A DNA stretch of 64,000 nucleotides, taken from the NCBI RefSeq assembly GCF_009914755.1, contig NC_060925.1, one strand, 5' to 3'. The notes below the pieces were generated by a model. That model was not told the DNA's origin, did not search any database, and saw nothing but the letters and a program-made list of their open reading frames with translations. This DNA is from the human T2T-CHM13v2.0 reference genome, Homo sapiens. This document shows positions 1 to 16,879 of the stretch, one piece after another. A program made the translations under genes and the position numbers. The stretch's first letter is position 1. Every line of letters starts with the position of its first letter.

Positions 1-64
1 CTGCTTTCTCTTCATTCTTATCTTTGATTTTTTATCTTTCCCCTTTTCTATGTGAGAATATTTT

Positions 65-215
65 TAGAGCGTAAGTCAGAGAACTTCAACTACTGGCTAT
101 GTAATTGGGCAAGTCTCTGCATCTTGGTTTCCTTATCTATGAAATAGGGAGGATAATACCTCCTTACAGAACCCACAGAGCTGGTGAGTAAATCAAATAA
201 AACAATTGTATGTAC
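65..215 (+). mobile_element. MIR SINE fragment
   Basis: Degenerate MIR core: tgggcaagtctctgcatcttggtttccttatctatgaaataggga...ataata. Confidence 0.7.
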
Positions 216-604
216 AATCCATAATCACATTTACTACTTTTATTGTTTTTGCTGTTTTCATGTTTTTAGTTATTGATGTATTTCCTCCATAGTGCTTCTT
301 TTTTTTTTAATAAAAGTTTTTTCTTTCTGCTGTTTTAGGTTTTCTTTCCTTTCCGTGATATTCCTTTCATGCTCCTCTTCCACAAATGCCACCTTCTTGA
401 CTAGTCTTTTGAAAATACCCTGCAAGATCCATTGGTCTATACCTCAGCTCCTTTGGGACTGTCCTATTCCTTTTTCTCTCTTGCCTTAGTGGCTTTCTTA
501 AAAGCATGTTTAAAAAAAAAATTCCCCCTGTGGTAAAAGGATAAAAATTCTAGAGAAATGTAAACTTGTACCTAGACTGAGACAGATGTATAATTCTCCT
601 TTGT

Positions 605-977
605 TGAAATGGTTTGGCTTTGTGTCCCCATCCAAATCTCATCTTGAATTATAATCCCATAATCCTCATGTGTCAAGGACAAGACCTGGTGGGAGGCGAC
701 TGGATCACAGGGGCAGTTTCCCCAAGCTGTTCTTGTGATAGTGAGTGAATTCTCACAAGATCTGATAGTTCTGTAAGTGTTTAACATTTCCTCCTACACA
801 CACTTTTTCTCTCTCCTGCCGCCTTGTAAAGAAGGTATCTGCTTCTCTTTTCGCCACGATTAAGTTTCCTGAGGCCTCCCAGCCAGGCGGAACTGTGAAT
901 CAATTAAACCTCCTCTGTTGATAAATTATCCAGACTTGGGTAGTATCTTTATAGCAGTGTGAGAATGGACTAATACA
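605..977 (+). mobile_element. THE1 (THE1C/D-like) MaLR solo LTR
   Basis: Starts tgaaatggtttggctttgtgtccccatccaaatctcatcttgaatt, has caattaaacc poly(A) signal, ends ggactaataca; flanks tttgt/ttttt resemble a 5-bp TSD. Confidence 0.93.
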
Positions 978-1139
978 TTTTTTTGTGTGATTTTTGAGAA
1001 TAAGGTTCATAGTGAATACCAGAAAGGTTTCTAGGGTTCAATTGATCACAGCCTGAATAGTCTCTTCATATGCTACTGTTGTAATTAGTGGTCCAATAAC
1101 ACCACCAAGGTATTGTCCCATTCCTCTTTCTATGTATTC

Positions 1140-1600
1140 TCATTTCTTATTCTTAATTGTATTTACTTAGTATTTATTGAGCAGCTATTTTGTGCCAGAC
1201 ATTTGCTCAGTGCTGCGTTTTTAAGAAAGGCATTGTCTTCACTCCTGGCAAGTGTACAATCCAGTGGGGATAAAAATGAGCATGCTGGTAATTACAAGGC
1301 ATGTTAGGAGAAAACACGAATGTGTTCTGGGTTGTTTTGTTCCCTGGTATATCCACAACATCAAGAGCAGTTTCTTGGACATAGCAGGTCCTTAATAAAT
1401 ATTGTTGAATTTATGAATGGATCTCGAGATTCAAAATGTTGAATAGGAGTTCATCAGTTAAAAAGAGTGGGATGAGGCATTGGAACAGGCAGAAGGGATG
1501 GCTCAGAGGCAAAATAAAGCATGATAGTTATGGGAAAGTGCAGGTTTCTGTTTAGCACGAGCTTTGTGTGGGAATGAGATTTGATGAGAATTGAGCTCAA
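1140..1600. mobile_element. L2 fragments in both orientations
   Basis: tttattgagcagctattttgtgccagac (minus) and ttaataaatattgttgaatttatgaatg (plus 3' end). Confidence 0.55.
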
Positions 1601-2249
1601 TAAATCAACATATCCCTTGATAATGACTACCACCTACTGTGTGTCTCCCACATATCAAGTACTTTATATACATTATCTTAAACCTTAAAGCTATGAAAAA
1701 AAGTATTATTTAGCCTCCTTTGCTCATTCAACTCAATTTCACCTAGACACAAGTGATGGCAGTATTCAAGAATAGCCATATACTTGATCCTGGCCCTACA
1801 TTTCTTTGATGACTGATAAGATGATCAAACCCTGAAAGTTGAGTTCAACTGCCTCCAGGAAGAACAATACAGATTTTAGAAATGTTCTTTCAGCTGATAT
1901 CACACTCTTATTATGTGGGAATAAATTTAAGAAGATGCTAGGTAGTAAATAATCTGGAGCTTTCAACTGTGGTGCAATGAGTTTTATTAAACAGTTGGAT
2001 GCCAAATTTTAATACAATGTGGAATAAGTAAATCAGAGGAAGTAGAACTGGAGCATAACTCTACTCAGAACAAAGAACTCTGAGAAAACACTATGCTGTC
2101 TGGTTAACCCATCAAAAGGTGTGAGTTTCGGAGTGGACTAGAGCAGAACCACAGAGATTATGACTATTTTAAATTCTAAGAACTTTCCAAATTAATGATT
2201 GGAAATTTATACTGAAGGCTTTTGCTAAGTGGTCCTGAGAATCCTAGGC

Positions 2250-2375
2250 GTTTTGTGCTAGAGAAGATCTTACAGATATTTTACTGTAACTTCCTTGTTT
2301 TGTAGAGGTGGAAACTGAGGTCCAAGAAGTTCAAGGTCTCACAGCTGGCACTGAAGTCAGTGCTCTCTCCACTGC
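2250..2375 (-). mobile_element. MIR fragment
   Basis: ttttgtagaggtggaaactgaggtcca...aaggtctcacagct. Confidence 0.65.
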
Positions 2376-2755
2376 AGTACATTGTCTCTGCAGAAGTTTT
2401 CAGTGTTGCTCTTCTATGAGATGGTCTCTTTAATTAAATCATAGGATACACAGAATTTGCATCACTCTTGCTTAATATCTACTTTCCAGTCACTTTGTTG
2501 TTTATTTTTTAAAAGTTACTCTAACCTCCTTAAGGATGTGGAAAAACTCCGTGAAGGAAGCAGTGAATTCAGCACTAAAATAACAACTTTTTTCAATCAT
2601 GACTTTATTGCCATTTCTGTTATTTTTATTAAAGAATCCCAAATCAAAATGATTTGTCCATATATGTGCTTTATTTATTTTGCAGCATGTGGCAAGTATT
2701 CATAAAGTATTAGTTTAAGAAACCAAATATGAGATAAATTGAGTTGCTGGCTTAC

Positions 2756-2858
2756 CTTCAGGTCACATAGGAATCACGAGGATCCAGTTCTTAAGAATCT
2801 TAGTTGACACCAAAGATCATCATTACCCAGGGTCTCTCCTTGGAGGGGACTTGGTGCA
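2756..2858 (-). other. candidate non-coding internal exon (103 nt)
   Basis: Minus strand acceptor atctcccttttcag| and donor GAAG|gtaagc; stops in all three frames. Confidence 0.4.
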
Positions 2859-3199
2859 CTGAAAAGGGAGATCATGAAGGCCTCAAAGAATACTTGGAGA
2901 ATCCCCCAAGAAGCGTTGCAATAGTACTTTTCTTATAAAGTGTGAGCCTTTATAAGAGAACTTCATGAAACGACTGTTATGGTGCTTTATTCAGGGCTCT
3001 TTGCCATCATCATTGACAGTGAAGCTTTAATAGGAAAACAAAACAAACCAAAAACACCTGGGCTGATGAAAACAAATATGGAAGCATCTGGTACAGTATC
3101 TACCAGAGAGAAGATACTTATTACATCTTTATTGATGGAAAGAAGGAAGGAAAAAGGGGTAGGAGAGAAAGAAAAAATGGGCAGGACTTTTAAAAACAG

Positions 3200-3540
3200 A
3201 TGATAGATACTAGAGGCTGAGAAGGGTGGGTGGGTGAAGCAGGGATGAAGAGAGGTAGGTTAACAGGTACAAACATACAGTTAGATAAAAGGTACAACTT
3301 CTATTGTTCAACAGCAGAGTAGAGTGACTATAGTTACAACAGTGTATTATGTATTTCAAAATAGCTAGAAAAGAGTAGCTTGAATTATTCCCAACACATA
3401 GAAATAATAAATAATCAAAGTGATAAATACCTCAACTATCCCGACTTGATCATTATACAACCTATGCATGTAACAAAATATCACATCCACCTCCCTTAAA
3501 ATATAAAATATTATGTATCAGTAAAAAGTAAAAATACAAA
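3200..3540 (+). mobile_element. L1MA (L1MA7/8-like) 3' UTR fragment
   Basis: tacaaacatacagttagata...aaaatagctagaa...ccgacttgatcattatac...tgtaacaaaatatcacat, A-rich end. Confidence 0.85.
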
Positions 3541-3564
3541 ATTTAAAGCAGCTTTTAACACATG

Positions 3565-7645
<4,081 letters not shown>

Positions 7646-7842
7646 GAAATTTTGTTAAATTACCGAGATGTTTTAATTTTTAATACTTATATGCTGGACA
7701 CAATAATAAATGATAGGAATATCTTTCTGTGTTATATGGGGAAGAGCTAGAGATAAAGCAGGATATTTTATCAGGGTCAGTTTCTAGAGTATACCTCTAA
7801 TTCAAAACCCACAGCACCACCAGTTTCTTCCTCACGAGGCCC

Positions 7843-7895
7843 TTTTCTTTTCTTTTTTTTTTTTTGAGATGGAATCTCACTCTGTTGCCCAGGCT
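7843..7895 (-). mobile_element. Alu 3'-terminal stub (about 30 bp plus tail)
   Basis: Poly-T then gagatggaatctcactctgttgcccaggct; homology stops abruptly. Confidence 0.85.
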
Positions 7896-8029
7896 ACATA
7901 AAAATGTAAACTTCTTCAGCCAAGTCCATTCAAGGCTCATCAAGGACTACCCTTTCTACCTTTGTGGACTTCTCTCTATGAAAAACCCCTTGTGTAAGCC
8001 CAGGATTTGGATACCACCCTCCTATCCTG

Positions 8030-8285
8030 AAAATAACGATAGCAGTTGACATTTATTGAGGACTTACCATGTGCCAAGCAGTATTCTAAGTACTTCTCAC
8101 ATGTTATTTCCAGGACAGCCTGTGACGTAGGTATTACCATTACTTTCATTTTACTGATAGGGAGCTTAGGCAGAGAGGTTAGAATTTGCTTACGTTGTAC
8201 AGAATGGTAACTTGTACAGAATAGTAACTTAAAGGGCCAGGATTAAAACCCAGGCAGTCTGTCTCCAGAGCCCTCACTCTTAATT
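8030..8285 (-). mobile_element. MIR
   Basis: acatttattgaggacttaccatgtgccaagc...aacccaggcagtctgtctccagagccc. Confidence 0.85.
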
Positions 8286-8399
8286 TCTTTATAAACATCT
8301 GCCCCTTTCAGCCTTGCCCTAAGTCTCCCAAATAAATGAAGTCTCATGTGGGCACCTTCTTTCCCAGTTAATGAAAATATTCATGTCCTCTCTTTAAAA

Positions 8400-9360
8400 G
8401 ACCACGTGTTGCAGTTACTAGCAATGAGTGAGTCTTTGGCCATCCTCAAAGAGAGCCACAGTGTCTGCTTGATAAAAGCCACAATTTTCCTGACCTGCTC
8501 TGGGGCTGGCCCCCTCAAAGAAAATGCAGGCAGACACTTGGCAACTGGACTCTCCCAGACTCTCAAGCACAGAGCTGTGTTAGTGTTGGCAGTGGGGGAC
8601 GGTTTGCTTCCTCCCCGTTTCATGAACTGTCACATCAGCCTCTTTGATCCTCCCAGGGTCTCAAGTGTGCCAAGATCATTACTCCACGTTATTGCTCTGT
8701 TTCAGATAATTGCCAGAGAAAACGCTAAGGTCGGTAATGACCAAGGTAAGGAAATATCGCTCCCTGCACGGTATACCATTTATATATTGCATACTCAGAA
8801 AGGCTCCAGAGTGGAGGCATTGCTTATTTTTATTGTCCCAAAGCCATGAGGGGGGAAAAAAGGGAATGAACAGAAATTGATACATCTGGAACAAGAGCCA
8901 GGCATGATTTACTCACATTTTTACCTGACTTGAAATTGCTTATTTAGAAAAAAGAAACATTATAAAGTCTCAGGAAAATGTCATGAATCAGAGCCAGCAT
9001 GATTTCACATTGGGGCTTCATAAACTGTGTGTGTGTGTATGTTTTTTTTTTTTTTTTTAAAGCAAAGAAACTGTCCAGGAAAATCAAATGAGCCAAAGGT
9101 AGCCCTGCCACCATGACCATCACCATAGCAACCGCGTAAGAGCATGATAGCACAGCACGGGAGCCCCACCGCTCAGGACTGCAAACGGATGGAAAACTGC
9201 TGGTTCATTAGAGGCCATTCTTACTATGAAAAGAGGATGGGCACTGACTTGGCAATGTAACAAACAAGAGACAGCAGACTTTCACTATTACGCTATTGCC
9301 TCAAAAATGAACTAATCATACACTACATCACTGAAACACACAACTACAGGAAGTCGGAAG
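8400..9360. promoter_or_regulatory. candidate CpG-retaining promoter/enhancer with RFX X-box-like site
   Basis: 15 CpGs counted in about 960 bp of non-repeat DNA; CACGTG at 8403-8408; ATCACCATAGCAAC at 9119-9132. Confidence 0.35.
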
Positions 9361-9534
9361 AGAGAGGGAGGAAAAAGTTGATTAAAGCCTTGCATTCTAC
9401 TTTAATAGTTCCCTTACTTCATGTGCTCTTAGCACTTTGTAAGCAATATGAACACAGTTTTGAAGCAATTAGATAATAAATGCTATTATTATAGCTATCA
9501 GCTGGAAGAGACTTTAGAGACCATCAATTTTTTT

Positions 9535-10825
9535 TAATTAACTGAATTCCAGGCTTTATTTGGTTTTCATCTGTTTTTTCATTAATGTCCTCTTTCTAGT
9601 CCGGGATTTTACCCAAGGTAGCACAATGCATTTAGTTGTCATCTCTCCCCAGTCTCCTCTGGTTTGTGACAGTTTCTCAGTCTTTCCTCTTTTTTCTCAG
9701 TCTTTCCTTTTTTTAAAAAAAAAAAAAATGACCTTGGAAGTCCTGAGGAGTGCTGGCAGGGTATCCTGTAGAATGTTCTCCAATCTGAGTTTGTCTGATG
9801 TCTTTCTCATAATTAGACTGGGACTGGGATTATGGGTTTCTGGGAAGAAGACCATAGAGGTGAAATGCCCTTCTCATCATATTCTATTGAGGGTATATGA
9901 TAACCACATGACATCTCTGGGGATGTTAACCCTCATCACTTGGTTAATGTCATGTTGGCCATCTTTCTCCTGTAAAGGAGAAAAGTGTAAAGTTACTATT
10001 TTTCCCTTTCCCTATTCTATTGCTTGGGGTGGAGTCGTTAAGCCTAGTCTACTCTCAGGGTATGTGTAGAGGGGTGTCAAGTTTCACCTTTTTTTAGTGG
10101 GGGGAGTAGTTACATATATTATTTGAAATTCTTCTGTAAGAAAGATTTAACTTTTCATTTTTTAAATTTAGTCATTTATTTATATTGGTATGCACTTATG
10201 TAGAGTCACAGATTGATTATCCCTAATCCGAAAATCCAAAACCCGAAATGCTCCAAAATCCCAAACTTTTGGAGCACTGACATGATGCCACAAGTAGAGA
10301 AGTCTACACCTGACTTCATGTGATGGGTTGCAGTCAAAATGCAGTCAAAACTTTGTTTCATGCACAAAATTATTTAAAATATTGTATAAAATTACCTTTA
10401 GGCTATGTATATAAAAATCATAAATGCATTTCATGTTTACACTTGGGTCCCATCCCTAAAATATCTCATTATATATATGCAAATTTCCAAAAATCTGAGA
10501 AAGTCTGAAATTAGAAGAACTTCTGGTCTCAAGCATTTCAGATAAGGATAGCCAACTAGTATTTCATATTTTGGGTTATAATCTAATGCCATGTTATTTA
10601 TTTTGTTGAACAAGTTACTTCAACTTTGGCCATTGGCAGTGCCTTTGGGTTGGCTTCTGATTTCCTTTGACATGCTCCCATCCATTTGTGTGTTGAGCAC
10701 TTCCTTCCTTTTGGCACTACAAGATCCTCCAGTTTCTTCTATTTTACCTGCCTCAGCCCTCACATTAGGTATTTCTCCAAGGAACCCTGGTTCCTTTTAT
10801 TCAAGAATGGTATTTAAAAACCAAA
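9535..10825 (-). mobile_element. L1MC-type 3' UTR fragment, interrupted by Tigger4b
   Basis: gcatttagttgtcatctctc...tgtagaatgttctccaatctgagtttgtctgatgtctttctcataattagac...ctccaaggaaccctggttccttttat. Confidence 0.75.
10209..10559 (+). mobile_element. Tigger4b (MER46) DNA transposon
   Basis: cagattgattatccctaatccgaaaatcc...gataaggatagccaactag terminal inverted repeats; CA/TA flanks. Confidence 0.88.
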
Positions 10826-11299
10826 GAAACCATCAATTTTTAACTGCTTCATTGGTCAAATAAAGAAGCTGAGGTGCAGATGACAAAGCAAATTGCCTGA
10901 TGCATCATCTGATATTGAGTTAATGGCAGGCAGGGATTAGAAATCTGGGCCTGACCCCTAGTTTGATATTGTTTTCAATACTCCAGTCTTTGCTATATAT
11001 CTTTGCTTTTCCAGCCAGCTTGTGAGCTCCTTTGAGGTAGGAAGTATATTCTCTGCTCTTTGTAGAGTCTCCATTGTGCCTTATATAAAGCTGGGCACGG
11101 TGCATATAGTAAATGCATGAAGAGACTCTCTGCTGCATCCTATTTAGCCTCACTCTTCTCTGCTCAGGTCAGACCCTCATTCACTCTTGCTCTAGACCAT
11201 TGCAGTTTCTACAAATACAGTGGTTTTCTTCTTTTCTGATCTATCCTACTCATTGTTGCAACATAAAAGATGAAATTGCAGAGTTCTGAAAATCTCTTT

Positions 11300-11930
11300 C
11301 TCAACACCCATTTCATAAAGTTAAACTCACAGCTCAAATTCATTCCCTTTTTCTGTTTATCTGAAATTATGTGTGGTTTCCTATGACTATATTAGCAAAC
11401 ACTGCTTCATCATATATTGCCCAGAAAAGAGGGACCCTCAGATATAACCTCCCTCAGCTTTCTCGTTTTCTAGTTCTATCACTAGTTCTATCTCTGTCTT
11501 CCACCAACCTTACATTTTTCATTTCTATTCCAGAATAAGTGTCCCTACTTCTTTCACAGGTTTTAACCAGTGTTAAACCTGACTTCTCTGAGATAGGGCT
11601 CCAGTGGTTATTATTTCTGAACCTTAAATTCCTACTCTTTCGTTTTCTATTGGTGCATTCTGTTGAACACGTTTATAGGCTGAGGTTTTCCTCATCCTAA
11701 ATAAATAGACACATGAAAAATCTTCCCTAGCCCTTTCTTCTTTACATCATGCCATTTCTCCTTCCATTCATTTTTACATTACTCAAGAGAAGTCTCTACT
11801 CACAGCCTCTACTTTCCCACTAATTGCTAACTGACTTATCCTACCTGAATTTAGATTCCCCCACCTAATTAAGCCTTTACAGTATCCCTAAAGTGTTATG
11901 AATGATCTCTTAAAAGATTTTAATGACTCC
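11300..11930 (+). mobile_element. L2 internal fragment
   Basis: Pyrimidine-rich degenerate L2-like sequence continuing after the MLT1 insertion. Confidence 0.45.
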
Positions 11931-12377
11931 ATCAGTCATGGTCTAGTAGGAAATGGCACATTCAAAGGGTTTAATTTTATAAAGTGAATTTTGGTGAGGT
12001 GAAATAACGCGGTGGGAGGTTAAAGAATCCAAGCAGGGTGATGAGGTATCCAGAGATCAACAAGAGCGGGAAGGCAAGTGGAGAAAGAAGTGTTACCAGA
12101 AATAAGCAAGAGCTGTAGCTGCCTGATATGAGCTGTGGTCTTAGTAGAGGAAAATCGGCTTCTGTCAAAACTATAGACCATCAGGGAGCGGGAGCAGAAG
12201 AAATTCCCTTACTTATCTTTGCTTTTACCCATGATGTTCTGTTGGTGTCTCCCATTGGTTAACCCAATCTAAAGACAGAGGGCAGGAAGCTCAAGTAACA
12301 CAGTTTGTAGAGGTCCGCCCTCTAGGGGGTTCAGGAGACAGATAAAGGATTGCGAGGGGCAAAGAGAATAACCAGCA
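11930..12377 (-). mobile_element. old MLT1-family MaLR LTR
   Basis: ctcccattggttaacccaatctaaagacagagggcaggaagc motif typical of old MLT1 LTRs. Confidence 0.65.
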
Positions 12378-12884
12378 TAATAACTTATCTGATTTAACAA
12401 CTGGGAAGATTTTTCTGCTCACTTTTTAAAGTTTTTCCTCCCTAATGCTATCTCCTGACATCTTTCAATAATGCATGGATTTAAAAGATAAATGAGCACC
12501 TGCTCTGTTGAGAGGGCTGTGTTAGACACTGAAGATTCAGTGGTGCAAAGAAAAGTGCTCTCCCTTCCTTCAGAAACCTTATGTTCTGAAAATTCCTTTT
12601 CAGTCTGCTCTACCAGCTCTTTCTCTGCCTTCTTGGTTTACTGTTGCCATTCTTCAAAATTCTCTCCTCATTTTATCCCCAGATATTTTTGTTCTCTGGG
12701 ATAAATAAACCCAATTTATGCCCAGAGATTTTTGTTCTCACATGTATGCGAGGACTTCCAAATCCACATTCTAAACTCAGCTTCCTTAGCTTATTAGAAA
12801 ATAATTTAAGGTGCTCAATATGATGGCCTCAATCTTTTTCCTCTTATCTTATGGTCTCTTACATTCTCTGTACTCCTCCTTCCC

Positions 12885-13020
12885 ATAAGAGGATCCAAGT
12901 CAGGGTTTCTGTTTTGTTATGTTTTAATCTGTTTTTGTTCATTGATGTATCATAAGTGCCTATAATAGTATCTGGCACATAATAGGTGCTCAATAAATAT
13001 TTATCGAATAATGAATGAAT
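12885..13020 (+). mobile_element. L2 3' end
   Basis: tctggcacataataggtgctcaataaatatttatcgaataatgaatgaat. Confidence 0.85.
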
Positions 13021-14283
13021 TCCTTCCAGTGAAATCAGATTATTCTCTACTCCCTAACCATATGACCTTGCTTATTTCTGCACTTTTGCTCACATAAATT
13101 TTCTTACATCATTCTAGCATCTGTAATCCAATCTTCCTCCAAAATGCAACTTAAATATCTTTCCTATGAGCCCTTTAAGATACTGCCCAAATAGAATTAA
13201 TCCATTCCCCTTCTGTATTGCCATTATATCTTGTTTATATTTCTGCTTCAGCACTACTATTATTTCATATATTATAGTTAAATGTATGTATTGCTTATCT
13301 CATCCTACAACATCACTAAAATTATCTAGGCTAAGTCATTGTCATTCCTTCTTCACATTTCCAAAGAGCCTGGAAAAGTGTTTTGTTGAATTTAAGAAGC
13401 TAAACATTAAGTCTCAGCCCAAATATATAAATTAACCTCTCTCGGTCATTTAAAATGTTTAGTATCTGTCTCTATACATAATTAATGTGTGTCAGGAAAG
13501 TGAGGGCATATTGCACCTTTATTTTTGTAGTTCTGGAGAGATGTCAGGAGGTATAGCTGAAAAAACAATGTCAGATAGCACCAATTGGATACACCTTTAG
13601 TCTCTATAGTCAATGAGTCCTCAATTAGGGTGACTTTTTGAATCTTCAATACTGCAATGTCATACCAACCTATCTGGGCTCTGAAATTTATATGATCCAG
13701 GCTCAATTAACTCAATTATATTGACAGGAAGTCACATTGATCCAGCTCCATACCCTCTGAAAACTGACTTTTGCAGAAAAAAAATTGTCCTAGAGTAGAT
13801 ATTTACAGAGATCCAGAATAAGTTTCTGCTAATTTGTAAATATTAGAAGTGTTCATCTAAGTCTATATGGAGATAATTGAGGTTTGTTTGTATTGATTCA
13901 ATTGGACCTATTTTTGAATCTATTTATCATACCCATGGGTGGAAGATCAACAGCCAAGTCCATGTTGGACTTTAGCAATCCTGGTCTGCGTCCCTTCTTT
14001 ATTCCTCCCTAACATGTGGTGAAGATCGTGCTTCCATGTCCCTCTTTATATTTTTTGGTCTTGGCTCCTCCTGATCCACAGCAAGTGACTGTAAAGACTA
14101 GAACACATATGGAGTTTAAGAACTACTGCATGCAAATTAACTCCTCTGACTTCTATAATATGAAAATTTCTCACTTCCCCCAGGTTGCAATTAGTTAGAA
14201 ATTAGTAGAACTGTAGCTTCCCAAGGAAAACTGTAAACTTTCAACTAAAAAAAAAAATTAGACTGTTGAAGAAACAAAGAGAC

Positions 14284-14660
14284 TGTGATTTATTACTGGC
14301 CAGCTCTTTGCCAAACCCACTTATGTTCCTTCCTGGGCATGTAGTAAGAATATATTTTCCAGTCTCTATTAAATCCATGTCATGTGACTAGCTTTAACCA
14401 GTGTAATCTGAGCAGAAGCAATATGTACTACTGAAATATCTACCCTATAAAAATGTCCTATGCTTCAAACTCCGTGATTTTTCCCTTGAACAGTTTGATG
14501 CAAATGAACATGGTAACTTGAAGCCACATGTTGAGGATGACAACATCTTGGGTCCTTAAATCACCATGTAGAGGAGAACTGGCCAGTGATTAGGAAGACT
14601 TACTGTAGACTTTATGTAGTATATTTCTATTACTTTTGGCGTTACAGCAGCTGGTGTTAA
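14284..14660 (+). mobile_element. MLT1I/J-like LTR
   Basis: catgtgactagctttaaccagtg...gagcagaag...agccacatgttgaggatg...gttacagcagc. Confidence 0.65.
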
Positions 14661-16369
14661 CAAAACAGAGGAAGAGTCAATGGAAGTGTTAAGAAAGAGA
14701 AGGATAGAATAAATTATGCAAAGATTTTAATATAGGGTCATATATATTAGAGATTTGACGTAGTTGGAATGGCTGCTCATACTAAGTTCCTATGGAAGGC
14801 AAGACAGCTTACAAGTAATAAAGTGCAAACTGAACCTATATTAACTTTCTCTAGGCCTGATCGCTCATGGCCAGCAATGTGGGAGGGACAGTTTAGCATC
14901 ACAAACAGACATACGTGAGTCGAAGATTAAGCAGTGTAATCTAAATATGTACCTAGGAAAGAAATATTCCTCTAAAGGAAACAATTTCCTGAAATACATT
15001 GTCATCTCTTAATTCTAACCCTTTACATTATTGTGAAAAGCAGTTTAATTCATTCCAGTCACAGTGACTCAAACTTCCCTATTCGTCTGCTTAAGGAAAT
15101 CCTCACTGGGAAGGTTATTCCAGCTCAAAGTGATGCACTGCCTCAGACTTTATGTCAAATCTCTACTTCCCAGGGGGCAGAAACAATATGTTTTTGGTAA
15201 CAGATTTATCCAGACTCTATGCAAGGATTCCAAAACATTTTGTGGTTGGATCTGGGTTCCATACTCTATACAACTTTCTTTTATCCCAACATAGTTTTTC
15301 AAAAGTGATGAGATTTAATTTTGGACATGACACTCATGTAAATTTTCATTATTCCCTTCACAAATGTACCTAGAGATCACTATTGCAAAAAAAAAAAAAA
15401 AAAAATTGGCAGAGAGACACTCTAGTTTTACCAGATATGTAAGTGGAAACTTTACAAAGTATTTTGAGATAAAACATACTGAAATCAATATCATCCATGA
15501 GATAAAATGTAAAATCAACATAGATTATTGACCACGATTTTTGGCCTTGTCTTCTAGAAAAGTAGGTACTTTTGCTTTTTGCTTAGTTACGCTGAGTAGC
15601 CTCGCATGGACAATCCTGGTTTATAATTCTTCCAATGTCAGAATCAGTTCCAGGCTAATGAAAAAAGCTACTAGCCAAGTCTTTCATGTGAACAATCTCC
15701 AAGCGTGCTGTATGTAGCATGGCCAAGAAAATGTGGTGACCATTTTCTGGAAAATCAGCATAATTTCTTTATGTGATCAAATAACTCATAGTGATTACTT
15801 TTGAATAGCTTGAATTTATTTATAAACTTCCTTCTGTACACTTAATTTAAGACATAGACCAGTGCAGGAATGCTAGTTAACAAATGCTGAAATTTGATTA
15901 ACTGGAAGGGGAGTGGGAGCGGGGGTATTCAAGGAAGTTTTCATTTACATATTCAATAAACAGTCATCCAGCAATCTTGACACTGACGTGGCAGACATTT
16001 CTCAAGCCTTGGCATTCCATTCTTTTCTTCTAGATTTGTGGCAAGACATGAAATAATAATGATAGGAAGAAAACTGACATATGCCCACAAAGCACCAGGT
16101 GCCATGTTCAGTGTTTATCCCTTACATTAATTAATTTAAACACTTAAAGAATTCCAGAGTTACATACATAATGATAAAATTTAGTGTTTCAGCCTAGCCT
16201 TAGAAAGGATGCCAAAGCATAGAGTTTGATCTTCTTAAACCTCACAATGACAGCTGGGATGTGTAGATAATTAGATGCCACAAAAGATCTGTTTTGAACC
16301 AAATGTGGTTGGTGCTTCAGGGTCATCTGGAATTTGGTGACCAAATACAATTATTATTGTCATCATTTA

Positions 16370-16545
16370 TTTATAATATAACTCAGCATAGTGCCTACTA
16401 TGACCAGGCACTGAAATAAGTATATTACTTTCTTATTTCATTTATCCCTTTCAACAACTATTTGGGGTAGATATGATATTTATTCCTATATTAAATTACT
16501 GGTTTAAGATTACATAACTAGTAACAGGCCGGTCTTAACTTAGGC
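16370..16545 (-). mobile_element. MIR
   Basis: agtgcctactatgaccaggcactg...atttcatttatccctttcaacaac. Confidence 0.7.
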
Positions 16546-16879
16546 AGCCTTAGGGTATCAACATAGAGTAATATTCAGTGACTGTATTCTAGAAAGTGTC
16601 TTTACATTGGTAAATTCAAAGCTTTGGAAATTCTTTTAACAGTAGGAAATGAAATAACTTAGCTATGTCTGTGTAAATTTTATGAAAGATAAATATGGTC
16701 AGAAATAAGTAGGCCAGGGAAGCTTTACCCTTTTGCTTTATTTTTAGAATAAACACAAAATGAAATTCATGCACATTTCTCCTTTTTCTCAACTTAAAAT
16801 ATATATCTTTTAAATGGTTGGATAATATACTTACAGTTCTAGTAAACTGATATACTGTATAGTCTGTATACCTTTCTAA

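Noticed and set aside
1783-1830. Possible minus-strand exon (aactttcag|GGTTTGATC...GGATCAA|gtatat)
   Set aside because: Donor is weak and the pyrimidine tract is short
8346-8849. 167-aa ORF as a protein-coding gene
   Set aside because: No recognisable domain or homologue; one ORF of this length is plausible by chance in six frames of 64 kb
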